NCBI GenBank assembly: GCA_965178125.1
Contig: OZ237741.1
Coordinates: 1,178,001 to 1,242,000, forward strand
DNA length: 64,000 nt
DNA from: Bilabrum cf. latius
Lineage: Eukaryota
Direction: 5' to 3'
Shown: positions 38,936 to 50,700 of the stretch, one piece after another
Layout of the letters: each line of letters begins with the position of its first letter
Numbering within the stretch: position 1 is the stretch's first letter
Program-made: the position numbers and the translations under genes
Notes under the pieces: generated by a model
What the model saw: only the letters and a program-made list of their open reading frames with translations
The model's database searches: none
What the model was told of the DNA's origin: nothing

Positions 38936-40096
38936 TCAAGAAGACACCACACCCGCCGCACCCCCCGCGGCAGCTCCGCTCCCACTGCCTGCGTCACCTA
39001 CCTTGCCCTCTTCATCCGCACCCACACCTTCATCTGCACTGCAAGGCACTTCATCTGGCGAGTCCACCCCCAGAACTGGGAAGGCGCTCCCATCCGATCG
39101 CTGGAGCCAGTTCTCCTCGGGGTACTCGAAGCCCTCCGCCCCCTCCACCACGTGGATCGAGTAGGCGTGCCGCTGCGAGCTGCTGGTATTTCGCTCCGAG
39201 TAGTGCACGACGGCCCCGTGCAGGATGACGAGTGTGCCCGGGGGGCACTCGATGGGCACGGCCCCTTCGAGGCTGAAGGGCGCGGCCTCTGGCGGGACCA
39301 TCTCGGTGAGGGGCTCCTGGGGAGGGGCCTCCCTGGGTACGCTGGCCTCCTTGCCCTCCTCTGCCTCCTTGGACTCTGCGGCCGCAGGAGCAGGAGCGGA
39401 GGAAGAGGCTCCACCTGCAGACGAGGGCGCCGAATCGGACTCGGATGGCTCCAGGCCGGCCCTTAGGCCAGCGGCCGTGCGCCGAAAGTGCTGGCGGACG
39501 CCGGCTTTGTGGGAACCGGGAATCGCATACAAGCACCCGTTGTCCTTGCGACACTCATCCAGAGCCCACCAGAACCCCGTGCAGCTCTGAGGCTCCGTGT
39601 ACAGGAAGGTGCCGTCCTGGTGTGGGTTGACTGCGCCGCCAACACGCGGCGGCTTGAAAATATACATGCTCTGCACCACTGTTGGCTTCTTCATTCCGAG
39701 CTATTTCGAAGCGGATGCAACGAATGGTGATAACGACGCTTTCCTGAATGCCTTGGACTTTTCGTGCAGGGCATGGCCGACTTTATTCATGACTTGGTGC
39801 TTCTTATCTCTTAGATCACCTTCCTTTGTGAAGGCATCTTCCTCGAAGAAGAAGCGGATCTTATCACCAGAACCCAAAAAGTATTCATCTGACTTCCTGG
39901 TCTGTTCGTCTGTGGTAAACACGCTGACAGTCTTTGCATCAAAGCCGTCAATTAAGTGCGCAATCGAACGCTTCATGTCAGATATGCTAGAGGAGTCTAA
40001 CGCGTTCGGAATCACAAGAAATCCATCTCGGTCAAACTTCAAAAGCTATTCTTTCGATAGTGACTCAACTGGCTTGCTCTTCTCTACAGATGCCAT
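38936..40096 (-). CDS. PHYHD1: Phytanoyl-CoA dioxygenase domain-containing protein 1-like (Fe/2OG dioxygenase)
   Basis: FDRDGFLVI, YFLGSGDKIRFFFEE, NKVGHALH, QSMYIFKPP, PHQDGTFLYTEP and HGAVVHYS...RHAY; TAG at 40046 and 39701; ends TGA. Confidence 0.92.
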
Positions 40097-40234
40097 TGCT
40101 AGAGCAGATAGTCTGCTGCCATTCTTGGCATCGGCAACTGGTCATGAACGAACCCTGAACGAAAGTTCTATGCACTGTCCCCGGCCAGGCCGGCCTTTCG
40201 AAAACATCGGACTAGACAGCACACATACTCGAAA

Positions 40235-43200
40235 TCAGTCAGTTTTCTTGACCCTAGCGAGCAATGCTCTCGCCCGCGCCATCGCGTGCATGCTTCGAGC
40301 CAAAGCTGCATTGTGCGGTGCAGCAATCGACCGCTCCTGCCCCTCTCCACCCACAGCCTCACTGCTAGCCCCATCCCCGTCAGCCCCGCCGGCCCCGCCA
40401 GCAACCCCCACGTCCTCATCCTCCTCTTCCCCATCCTCCTCCACGTGCGCATCCGCCAGACCCCCGAGTCCGGACCCCGAGCTCTGCACCTCGATGCCGA
40501 CCGACTGCCCTGCCATGGGCGAGCCCGGGGTCATGGCCGGTGCCAGTGCAGACGCACCGGGGTCGCCTGGGGTCGGGGCCGGTGCCTGGCGAAGGACTGC
40601 CCCTGCCCCTGCCCCTGTCCCTGCCCCTGCCCCTGCCCCTACCCCTGCCCCTGCCCCTGCCCCTGCACCGCTGTCTTCATCTTCACCGAAGTATTCCATT
40701 TCCTCTGCCCTCCGCAGCGCCTCCTCCTCTTGCACCTCCTCCTCCTGCTCCTGCTCATCGTCCGAACTGGGAGCATCGCCCCAGCCTGAGGCATCTTTCC
40801 CACTAGCAGCAGCAGCACGGCCCGCTTCTAGAGCCTCCTTCTCTCTCTGCTCCACTTCCTTCCTGCCAACCGGACCCTCATTTTGCTCAAGATCCAGATC
40901 CAGATCCATGGGAAGAATTGCAGCATGCTCCTGATCAGCCGGTGCCTCTGCGACCTTCACGTTTCCATCGACCGCTGTGCCCTAGTCCTGCCCAACTGCC
41001 GCTGGTACATGCGGAGCCAAGACATCCTCGGATTCCACCTTGCCCCCCTTGCCGAGATCGGGCCCGGCGCCCTCGTCCTCGTGTGGCTGCAGCGAGGAAG
41101 GCGCCGGGTCTGTGCCTGCCGCTGGCTGGACTTGCGATGGCACGTCATTGCTTTGCGCCACAGTGCCATGCACCCCCTCCGGCCCTCCTGCAACATGCAC
41201 AGTATCATTCTCATCTCCACGAGCCGTATGATCATTGGCCTGCTGCCCACCTAGATCGCCGACTGCACCTGCATCATCGCCCTAAATATGCTTCTGCTGC
41301 TGCTGCTGCTGCTGCACACCCGCCTCCCTGTCGTTCTCATCCTACTCCACGTCACCAGCGCGCGAGCCCCGTTGCTGTCCGTCCTGCAGGCCCATCTCAA
41401 CGTCGACGTCGTCCTGCCCAGCAGCATTGTCGCCCTCCTCGTCCTCATCCTCAACTTCGTTCTCATCCTCGTCCTCAACCTCGTCGTGCTGATTCTGCTG
41501 CTCATGCTCGTGCTCATGCTACGGTGCCTCTTCCGTGATATTGGCCGCTGCACCGGTCCCGAAGCAGCAGCAGAAGCAGCAACCTCCACCCCGCTGCTGC
41601 CGGTAGTTCGGCACGAAGGTCGACAGACCTTCTCCACTGCAGTCGCATAGCAGGCAACAAGGCTCGTCCTAGTCGGGCCGCAGGCCGCCGAGCCGCCCCG
41701 TGCGCCGGCTGAGATCCAGCCTAGTCTTGGTGCGGTGCGCGGCCGGGTGCCGCTGCTCCTCTCTGGTCCTGGCAGGCGGCCCTGGCGCAGGCTCGGCCCC
41801 TACCGGCTTCCGGTCATCCAACCGTGGTGCTGCTGCGCCCTCCCCGCTGCGGTAGCCATGCCCATCAGCGTACTCGTCCTCCTGCCCCTGCTCCTGCTCC
41901 TGCTAGTAGGAATCATATCCACCCGCAGCACCAGCACCGGCACCGGCACCGCTGCCCCTGTCACCCCCAGCGTACTCGCTAGGGACACCCGCGGGAGCCC
42001 CCGGTGCCGGTGCCACGACATCGTCCTCGAAGGATCCAGCCTGCCTCGGGCTCGCCGGCCGCCTCCGCGACACCGATGACTCGGCTGAGCCTCTATCGTA
42101 GGACCTGCCTGTCTCTCCGCTCCTGTACCTTTCGTCAGGCCGGTCGCTACCCCGCCCATGGTCCGACATGTCCACTGACGCTGCGGCTGCTTGTGCCCCC
42201 GCGCCGCCCCCTCCGCTGACAGCCCCCTCCCAGTGCCCACTGCCTGTGCGGTTGTCACCCTGAAGCCGCCGTGGCGTTGCTTCAGCCGCATCAGCGTCCA
42301 TACCGTCCACGCTGCCGCAGCCGTGCTCGGAAGCAGAGGCCACTGAATCGTCCGCGCCTACCACGCCACGTGCCGTCTAGGCGGCAGCAAGCGCTGCCTC
42401 CCGCGCCCGTGCCATGTCTGCCTCCTTCTGGGCCTTGTCCCAGCGCCCGCTGCGCCTCGCCCGCATGTGGGGCGGCAGGCGGCTACTGGTCACCAGGGTG
42501 GGGGGCAGGCCGGGTGCCATGGGAGCCTCGACTGGCTCGTCGGCGGCTCGACCGCGATCTGGTGACCCGGCCTGCGCCTGTCGCCTGTTGTACTCCTCCT
42601 CCTGTCGCAGCTCGGCGGATGTCAGGCCGATGCCGCTCTGCCTTAGCGCCTCGATTCTGCGAGCGTCGCGGTAGGCAGCCACCTCCTCGTCTTCCTCGTC
42701 CTCGCAGCCCTCAATGCACGAGATGGGGATCAAAATGCTGATGTTCGTACCGAACACGTAGTCCATGATGCCCGCATCGATGTCCCGGAGCATGCGACCG
42801 AGAGATTTGAAAGCCTCCGACGATGCCCTCGACGTGTTGTTGAATGCGCCGGTGCCCGACCGCAGTCCCAGGAAGGGTGTCATGACCAGGAAGATGGACG
42901 CACCGAGCACCAGCAGGACGGGCGAAACCGCGAACGCGATCAAGAACACGGGCCACTCCCACAAGAAGTACCTGAGGTAGTCTCCGAACCCCAGGCCTCT
43001 CCTCTGGCTCTCGGCCTGCGCAGTTACTGCCATGTCTAACTCTTCCAGACCGATTCCCATCGAGTTGCGGTCCAGCACCGGCCAGAACATCACGATGGCC
43101 TTGTACCAAGTCACGAACAAGGCTAAGATGGTGAAGAAAAAGTACCACAGCGCGGTGAACGCGGGCACGACCGCAGCACCGATGATGCCAACGAACACGC

Positions 43201-45105
43201 TGGTGACCAGAGCGCAGCTGAAGTAGGGATCTGGCTCGCGGTTCGAGGGCGCGCAGCAGAAAGAGCTGAAGCTCAGTGGCGCGTTAGGGGACAAGCCCAG
43301 CAGAGCCCGCAGCAGGATCTCTGCCAGCATCCAGTAGTCCGTCGCAAAGTCGATGAGCCCTGCCTGCACGCCATACGGGAGCGGCGGCCGGTAGTCGCTC
43401 GTGTCCACCGAGGCCCCGCAGCAGCCCACCACTCTATCCTCCCTGGCAATCACGGCAGGGTCTGCGTCCTACCCGTGCACTCCCTACCCCCCGTTGCCCC
43501 TGCTCCCCCTGGAGCTGCTCTCCCTCCTGAGCTCCTCATCCCTGTCCAGAGCTCCCGTGCCCTCAAGGTCGTACAGCTCATCGGTCAGCTCAGTGTTGCA
43601 CAGCGTTCCACCGCGGCCCGTCCACTGCGGGCTTTGCGTGTAGTATACCACGAACCCGCTCTTGAAGCCCAGGAAGAAGCCCACCACGGGCAGAGACAGG
43701 CACAGCAGCAGGGCCGCCGCTGGCCACAGCAGGGCCAGGAGGGCTGCCACGATGACCCACGCGGGACGCTTACGGATGCCCCTTCGGTCAAGTCCGTACT
43801 CTTCGGCCCGCTGGGCCACGTGCAGATACCCGTACACGCACAACGGTAGGTATAGCAGCACCCCGGTAAGCGTGTAAAAGACCGCCTGCAGGGGTGCCAG
43901 GAGGCCCGCGCAGATCAGCCCGAGCAGCATGTCGCATATGCGGATCTCGCATGGGATACCTACCCAGTCCTGGTCCGAGTACTCGCTGAGCTGGAAGATG
44001 AGCTCGTCCGTGAGCAGGTTGTACCATGCTGTCATGTAGGTGCCCATCTGCGGACAAGAAGGATAGGGGGAGTTGGGTTGGAGAGGGGGGGGGGTGGGGG
44101 GTTGGAAGCGGGGGGGTTGAGATTGCACAAGTGTAGGGTGCTGTGACTGCTATCGCAATCGTGGTGCGGGGGAGTGAGGGTCGAGGCGAAGAGGACAGAC
44201 CCGTCGTGTATCCCCAGCCGTGCATAGCATTCAAATGATTATATCCTGTGGTTTGCGAATCTCACTCTCTTGATGGGGTCAGTAAACCCGCTGCAAAGGA
44301 AGAGGGCGTAGTGCACTCCCTCCGTGCACTGGGTCTGCCGACCGTTCAAGATGGCGAAGTAGGCGTGTACGTAGGCCGTCGCGATCGCAATGAAGATCAT
44401 GAGGATCACCGTTGCCGGAATGGCAAGGATGAACGCCAGTGGTAGCAGCAGGATAGCGATGAACCGGGCCCCGAGCAGCAGACGCGGCGTGATGCACAGC
44501 GCCAAGCACGACCGGTCGCACAGCTTCGGCAAAGCAAAAAGGTACATCCCAAGGCCCATGATGATTGCATACACCATGATGAATGGAAGAACCAGGGATC
44601 CTTCGATGATGCTGAGCAGCAGCGCCGAGGCAGAGACGAGCACTTCGCAGCAGATCTCTGCGCTGTCAAGCTCTGGAATATCCAGCTGCGGCGGCCGTTT
44701 TTGCAGCTCTTTATCGATCTCTTCGTTAACAACCAGATCTTCTAGGGCCTCTACCTCGCCCATGCGGTTGTCGTCGTCCAATGTCGCCCCCCTCCACCGC
44801 TCCTTAGTCTTCCTGGCTCCTGGCGGTGAGACGTACATGCCTCCGTCAGCCTCTGCCCCCCACTCATCACCTCCTGAATCGTCAGGATTGGATGGATCTT
44901 CATCTCGTTTACTTTCTGGTGCAGGACTCCGGTAGTACTAACCCCGCCTTCTGGAAGCAGGTGGGAGCCGAATGGCTGTGGTTGTGCGACCCGTCGGCGG
45001 TGCATCGGCAGGGGTCGGCGCCAACGCAGGGGCGGAACGATTGTGCAGCTTGTATGAGTCATATGCATCATCTGGGTACATGTCGCCTGGGCTTGCACTT
45101 GCCAT
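40235..45105 (-). CDS. Hypothetical multi-pass membrane protein with a long acidic disordered C-terminus; predicted intron 44048-44265
   Basis: Three hydrophobic blocks in ORFs 44239-44838, 43484-44128 and 42377-43453, joined by TAGs and one GT-AG intron; ends TGA 40235. Confidence 0.6.
40598..40666. repeat. Coding (CCCTGC)n hexamer repeat (Gly-Ala tract on the minus strand)
   Basis: Read directly from sequence. Confidence 0.8.
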
Positions 45106-45209
45106 GGCTTGCACTTGGGCCACCGGTGGATTTGCTTGGGATTCGTGAGGCAATTTGCAACGGCTCGCAATCGATCGGAGCTTACATTTCACGGTCGGGC
45201 CACAAAGTC

Positions 45210-46620
45210 ATGGCTCAAAAAGATGTCAAGCTTGTCATTGCAAACAAAATGTTTGATGCCGTAAGTTCTCGCCTGGCTGGCTCGGTTTGCGTTCTGTCTG
45301 TTGTTAATGGGCTGTCTACGTTTTTGCATTACTTGCCACTGCTGTGCTAGCAGGGTGTGGCTGCTCTCAACAAAGTCACGGATACCACAATACAAATGAA
45401 GTTTATCGATGCGATTAGATTCTTTGAAGCTGCGGCTGATACTTTCGTGACGATAGGAAAATGTGAGAATTGTGTATCGGCGAGCAGTAATCCAAGTCGC
45501 AGATCGTTCTTTGTCCAGTGGTAGCTCGGAAGCCTCACCGGTCTTGACCACAATCGCAGGGCGACGTGCTGGAGAGTCATACTTGCGCTGCTACGAGTCC
45601 CAGGTTCGCCTTGGTGACCGGTTGGCCGCCGCGACGTATGCCACCGATGCAGCACGTGCGTACAATAAGGTAGACCCAGCTTCCGCCATTCGAGCCCACC
45701 TGAAAGCAATCACGCATCTGGCAGGTACTGGTAGATTAGCCGCTGCTGCTGCTGAGCAGCTGGACGTTGCTGAGATATACGAAGAGGACGGGGCCTCGTA
45801 CGACGCAGCCGTCGCGCTGAGCAACGCAGCCGACTACTATGTCGCAGAGGCCATGCTGGCGCAGGCGGTGCACTGCCTCAAGCGAGCGGGGGCCCACCTT
45901 GTGGATGAGGAGAGATACAGCGACGCGCACGAGCGGTTCGACCGAGCGGCGAACCTCTCCCTGGACGACAACCTCCTCAAGTTCAACGCGCCGCCCATCT
46001 CGCTGGACGCCGCCCTGTGCCTCCTTTGCCTGAGAGACGACGAGCGGACAGTCAAGTACCTGAAAGACGTGTCCGAGAAAGACCTTAATTTCGTTGTCTC
46101 CCGTGAGAAACGGTTCCTGCTGGACCTGCTGCTGTGCGCGCAGGAGGGCAGGCTGGACGACCTGGTGGACCACATCTGGAACTACGACTATGCGGTGGAA
46201 CTGGAGCCGCACGAGCTGTCCATGCTGAGGGTGGTGTTCACCGTGGTGGAGGCATCCGTGCACACGTCCTCTGCTGACGCACAGGCGGCTCAGGCGGAGG
46301 AGGAGGACGCAAGCGAGGACAGCTGGGACGAGGACAGCTCGGGCGATGAGGACGAGGACGACGGGGGTGGCGCGGCCGCCAGCAGCCGGCGCTCGCGGAA
46401 ATCACAGAAGAAGAGAAAGAAGAGCAAGAAGAGCAAGAAATCCAAGGGAAGCAAGAAGAGCAAGAAAGCCAAAGGGGGTGTCTCGGCCGGTGATTCTCTC
46501 CTCCCCGACGAGGGCGACGCTTCAGACGGCAGCGGCAGCGTGGGTTCCGGCAGGACAGGATATACTGGAGCTACAGGTGTCACTGGGACGACAGGGGCGG
46601 CTTCAGGTGCGGGCAGATAA
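45210..46620 (+). CDS. Alpha-SNAP (NSF attachment protein)-like TPR protein with acidic/Lys-rich tail; probably two 5' introns
   Basis: AGESYLRC, AEIYEE, AADYY, DNLLKFNA, AALCLLC, SREKRFL and EPHELSMLRV match SNAP-family motifs; ends TAA. Exon boundaries are inferred. Confidence 0.75.
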
Positions 46621-47779
46621 CACGGTTTTGGCCGTGCTAGGCCGCGACTCGGATGCAAGATAGATATTGTTGAATACTGTGTTTCAAATCCAGGATCAGT
46701 ATGCACACTCAACATCCGGATATGCCACTAGTAGCCTTTCGAAATACGGCATTAGCACCGGTTGCTGCCTTAGGATCTTTAGTCTGCCCGGACCCCACTC
46801 TGGCACATGGACCGCAAATCGGACCCCCTCCAAAAATCCGCTAATCCGGATTCCGGATACACTCCGCAACTTTCCGTGCCAGTCAGCTTGTCTGCTAACT
46901 CATCCGAGATCCACCATTTCTCCTTTGTGAACTCCTGCCCCTTCATCTCTGACAGAGAGAATCCGCCACACCACCATCACACTACAGAAACACACATCAC
47001 GCTATCACGGCCGGGTTGGCTAGGTTGTTTATCTTTGCCATCCGGTACGACTTCCCGTAGTTGGCCTCTGACGCTGCGGAATCAGCACCATCCCCATTCA
47101 GCGCGGCACCGCCTCCCTTGCTGGTCGCCTCGTCGGGTCTGGGGGGGGGGGCGGGGCTGGTGCATGGTCCCACCGTCCGACCCACATTATTGCCGGCAAA
47201 CCACCACACCACCAGCACCACGGCAGCACCCACCGCCACACCGTGACCCGCAAAAATAGCCACGGGTGCACCCCCACCATCATCCCTTTCCCCACCATCC
47301 CCCTTCTGCGGGATGGGCTCGCCCCTCGCCTCCGCCACCAGCGCATCGGACGACGGCTGCACAAACCTCGCAGCCTACAGCACCGGTCGGTGTTGGCTTT
47401 AGAGTATGGCTATAACGGCAGGGTTTCTTCGAAGTGTGGTTTGTGTGCTGCGAATGCCCCAAAGTAGAAATACAGAAATACAGAAATACATTGTTGGGTA
47501 AAGATTCCATAAACACCCAGATGCACCGTCGCCCCCGAGGGGGTTTGGATGATCACCTAGATCCAGAGGAGCCCTAAAAACAAAGGACTACAAGACCCCC
47601 GACCCTTTCAGGCCAAAGGCCCCCCGTTCTCAGCCTATGCCGCTGAGTTCCCGTTCGTCGCCATCAGTGTGGTCCAAAGTAGATCTGCCTGCTTTTGTGG
47701 CGAGCACTTTTTGCGTGTTTCCACCCCGGCACTGGACTAAAGCAAGCAAGTGACGTCTCCTGACTACCTGATCGGTATT

Positions 47780-50700
47780 ATGGCATCAGCTAGCCCTGGA
47801 ACTGATAGCACCACTACAAAAGAGCCATAGACCCGTGCAGACTCTGCAGGGCCCGGTCCCGATCTGCCTGAAAGCTTTCTCGAAATCTGCCGCATGACGA
47901 ACTCGGGCAATACTGCATTGCGACATCGACAGGCCCTATAGATCCTGGACAGATGCACCAAGCCAGCAGATGGACTATGCTTACTTGATCACAGCGGATT
48001 TGGGGCAGTCTTCCGTGTGGTTCTCCCTCTAATCAGCGCTGCTGTTGCCGTTGGCGATGCCCCGCCTGTTTCTGACCTCTTTGCAGTCAAGGCAGCCTTC
48101 AACTGGGGACAGCCCGCATGCAAGTTCGAAAACATGGCCTTGCAAAAAGAGCTCGATGTGCTCGGTGGATTGCCCGAGCACCGCAACCTGCGCCGCGTGC
48201 TGTTCGAGTGCGTGTGCGAACCGCCCGTGTGGATGGTGGAGATGCTGCCTGACCCTAGATCGGTATGCATGAATGCCGGCGGTGCTCATCTCCTATCGAA
48301 GGACTCGTCAAACGCTGGTGCTCTTCCCCTGCGGCCCCAGAAGGCCCTGATGGTAGGCATGGAGCTGCTCGACAGCACGCTGCGTGATCACCTTAACATC
48401 GTGGAGGGGGATGAGCCGGGGTCCATGCCTGACGATGTGCTGGTGCAGCTGTCCAGGGATATCGCGGAGGGCGTGTATCATCTGCTGCAGCACGGGGTGG
48501 TGCACCGAAGCCTGAAGCTGGACAACGTCATGTGGTCCGCGACTGGGGGTCCGGATGGCGTTGGGCGGGCTGTGCTGACCGGTCTCGGGTGCTCGCTGCG
48601 TGTGCACGTAGATGGAGCTGCGGTATCATTGGGCAGCACTGTACCGGCCGATCCAGTCGCTGCTTCTGCCGCTACTTCTGGTGCGGATCCCAATGATGAT
48701 GATGCATGCATCGGTATTGGTGCCAGGGCTAAGCATGAGCCTGGTGTGGAGGAGGCACTGCATCAGGTAACATACCGGTAGTGGAAGGATGGCGGTGACA
48801 GGCTTGGTGGCAATTAGGCTCACATGGCCCCTGAGGTGCTTGACGGCTGGCACCGGGGAGATATGGGTGACTTAGACGCTCGTGTACCCTTCGGCAAACA
48901 GGCATCGTGGGAGCTGGGCGTATTACTGTACGAGCTGGCCACCGGAGGGCAGCACCCGTTCGGGGACCAGTATCCTGGCGAGATGCAGGATGGGAGCAAA
49001 CCAAGGCTCAGGAGTCTGGCAGCTGCAATGCATGCATGCAAAGCTCCGATGGCGGGTCATGATGTGCTGTCGAGGCGTCCTGGGTGGTATATCGACATGG
49101 TGCGTGGCTTGCTGTGTATCGACCCTGAAGACAGGACCGGTGTGGAAGACGCCGTGCGGATACTCCGATCGAGAGAGGCACGTTGTGCATTGATACCAGC
49201 TGTAGCTGATGTCCGAGCCTTTGTGCCTGCACTGCTTGCTGACGGGGCAGAGTGCGAGTCAGCGGTGGCCAGGGTGAGGGAGCAGGTGGATGGGCTGATG
49301 GCGAGGGGGGACTGGGATGGGGTGTATCGGGTGCTGTGGCAGCTGCGGGTGGAGTCGGGAGTGAATCGGCCTGACGACTTCCCAGACTAGCCCCGGCTGC
49401 TGCTCGATGAAGTACGTGGTGCTGTCACTGACCATGTGCTGACTGACGCGGGTGAACTGGAGAGGATTGTAAAAGGGCTAAGTGCAGAAGGGGCGACGGA
49501 CGCAGGAATTGCGACATTCTTGGTCTGGCGAATGTGCTACAAAAACGATAAAGCACAGACACGCTTTGTGGATGAAGGTGCATTGGACAGCCTGGTAGGA
49601 TTGCTTAGATCCAGCAAGGGCAAGGAGGCTGAGTATGCCGCTGGAGCGCTCGTCAACATCGCTGCTGGATCCGTTGACAAGATGCAGGCCGTGGTGGATG
49701 CCGGTGCGCTGGGAGGACTGGTTGCTCTGCTCGGATCCAGCAAGGGCAAGGAGGCTGAATATGCAGCTAGGGCACTTTAGATTATTGCTGCTGGATCGGA
49801 CGATCTCAGACAGGCCGTGGTGGATGCCGGTGCGCTGGTAGGTCTGGTTGCTCTGCTCGGATCCAGCAAGGGCGAGGAGGCTCAATGCGCAGCCGGAGCA
49901 CTTCACAATATCGCTGCTGGATCGGACGATCTCAAGCAGGCCGTGGTGGATGCCGGCGCGTTACCCGGGCTTGTGTCACTGCTCGGATCCAGCAAGGGCA
50001 AGGAGGCTGAATATGCCGCTGGAGCGCTCGTCAACTTCGCTGCTGGATCCGTTGACAAGATGCAGGCCGTGGTGGATGCCGGTGCGCTGGGAGGACTGGT
50101 TGCTCTGCTCGGATCTAGCAAGGGCGACGAGGCTCAATGCGCAGCCGCAGCACTTCACAATATTGCTGCTGGATCGGACGATCTCAGACAGGCCGTGGTG
50201 GATGCCGGTGCGCTGGGAGGACTGGTTGCTCTGCTCGGATCCAGCAAGGGCAAGGAGGCTCAATGCGCAGCCGCAGCACTTCTGAGTATCGCTGCTGGAT
50301 CGGACGATCTCAAGCAGGCCGTGGTGGATGCCGGTGCGCTGGGAGGACTGGTTGCTCTGCTCGGATCCAGCAAGGGCGAGGAGGCTGAATATGCAGCCGC
50401 AGCACTTCACAATATTGCTGCTGGATCGGACGATTTCAGACAGGCCGTGGTGGATGCCGGTGCGCTGGTAGGTCTGGTTGCTCTGCTCGGATCCAGCAAG
50501 GGCAAGGAGGCTGAATATGCAGCTAGGGCACTTTAGATTATTGCTGCTGGATCGGACGACCAGAAGCAGGCCGTGGTGGATGCCGGCGCGTTACCCGGGC
50601 TTGTGTCACTGCTCGGATCCAGCAAGGGCAAGGAGGCTGAGTATGCCGCTGGAGCGCTCGTCAACTTCGCTGCTGGATCCGTTGACAAGATGCAGGCCGT

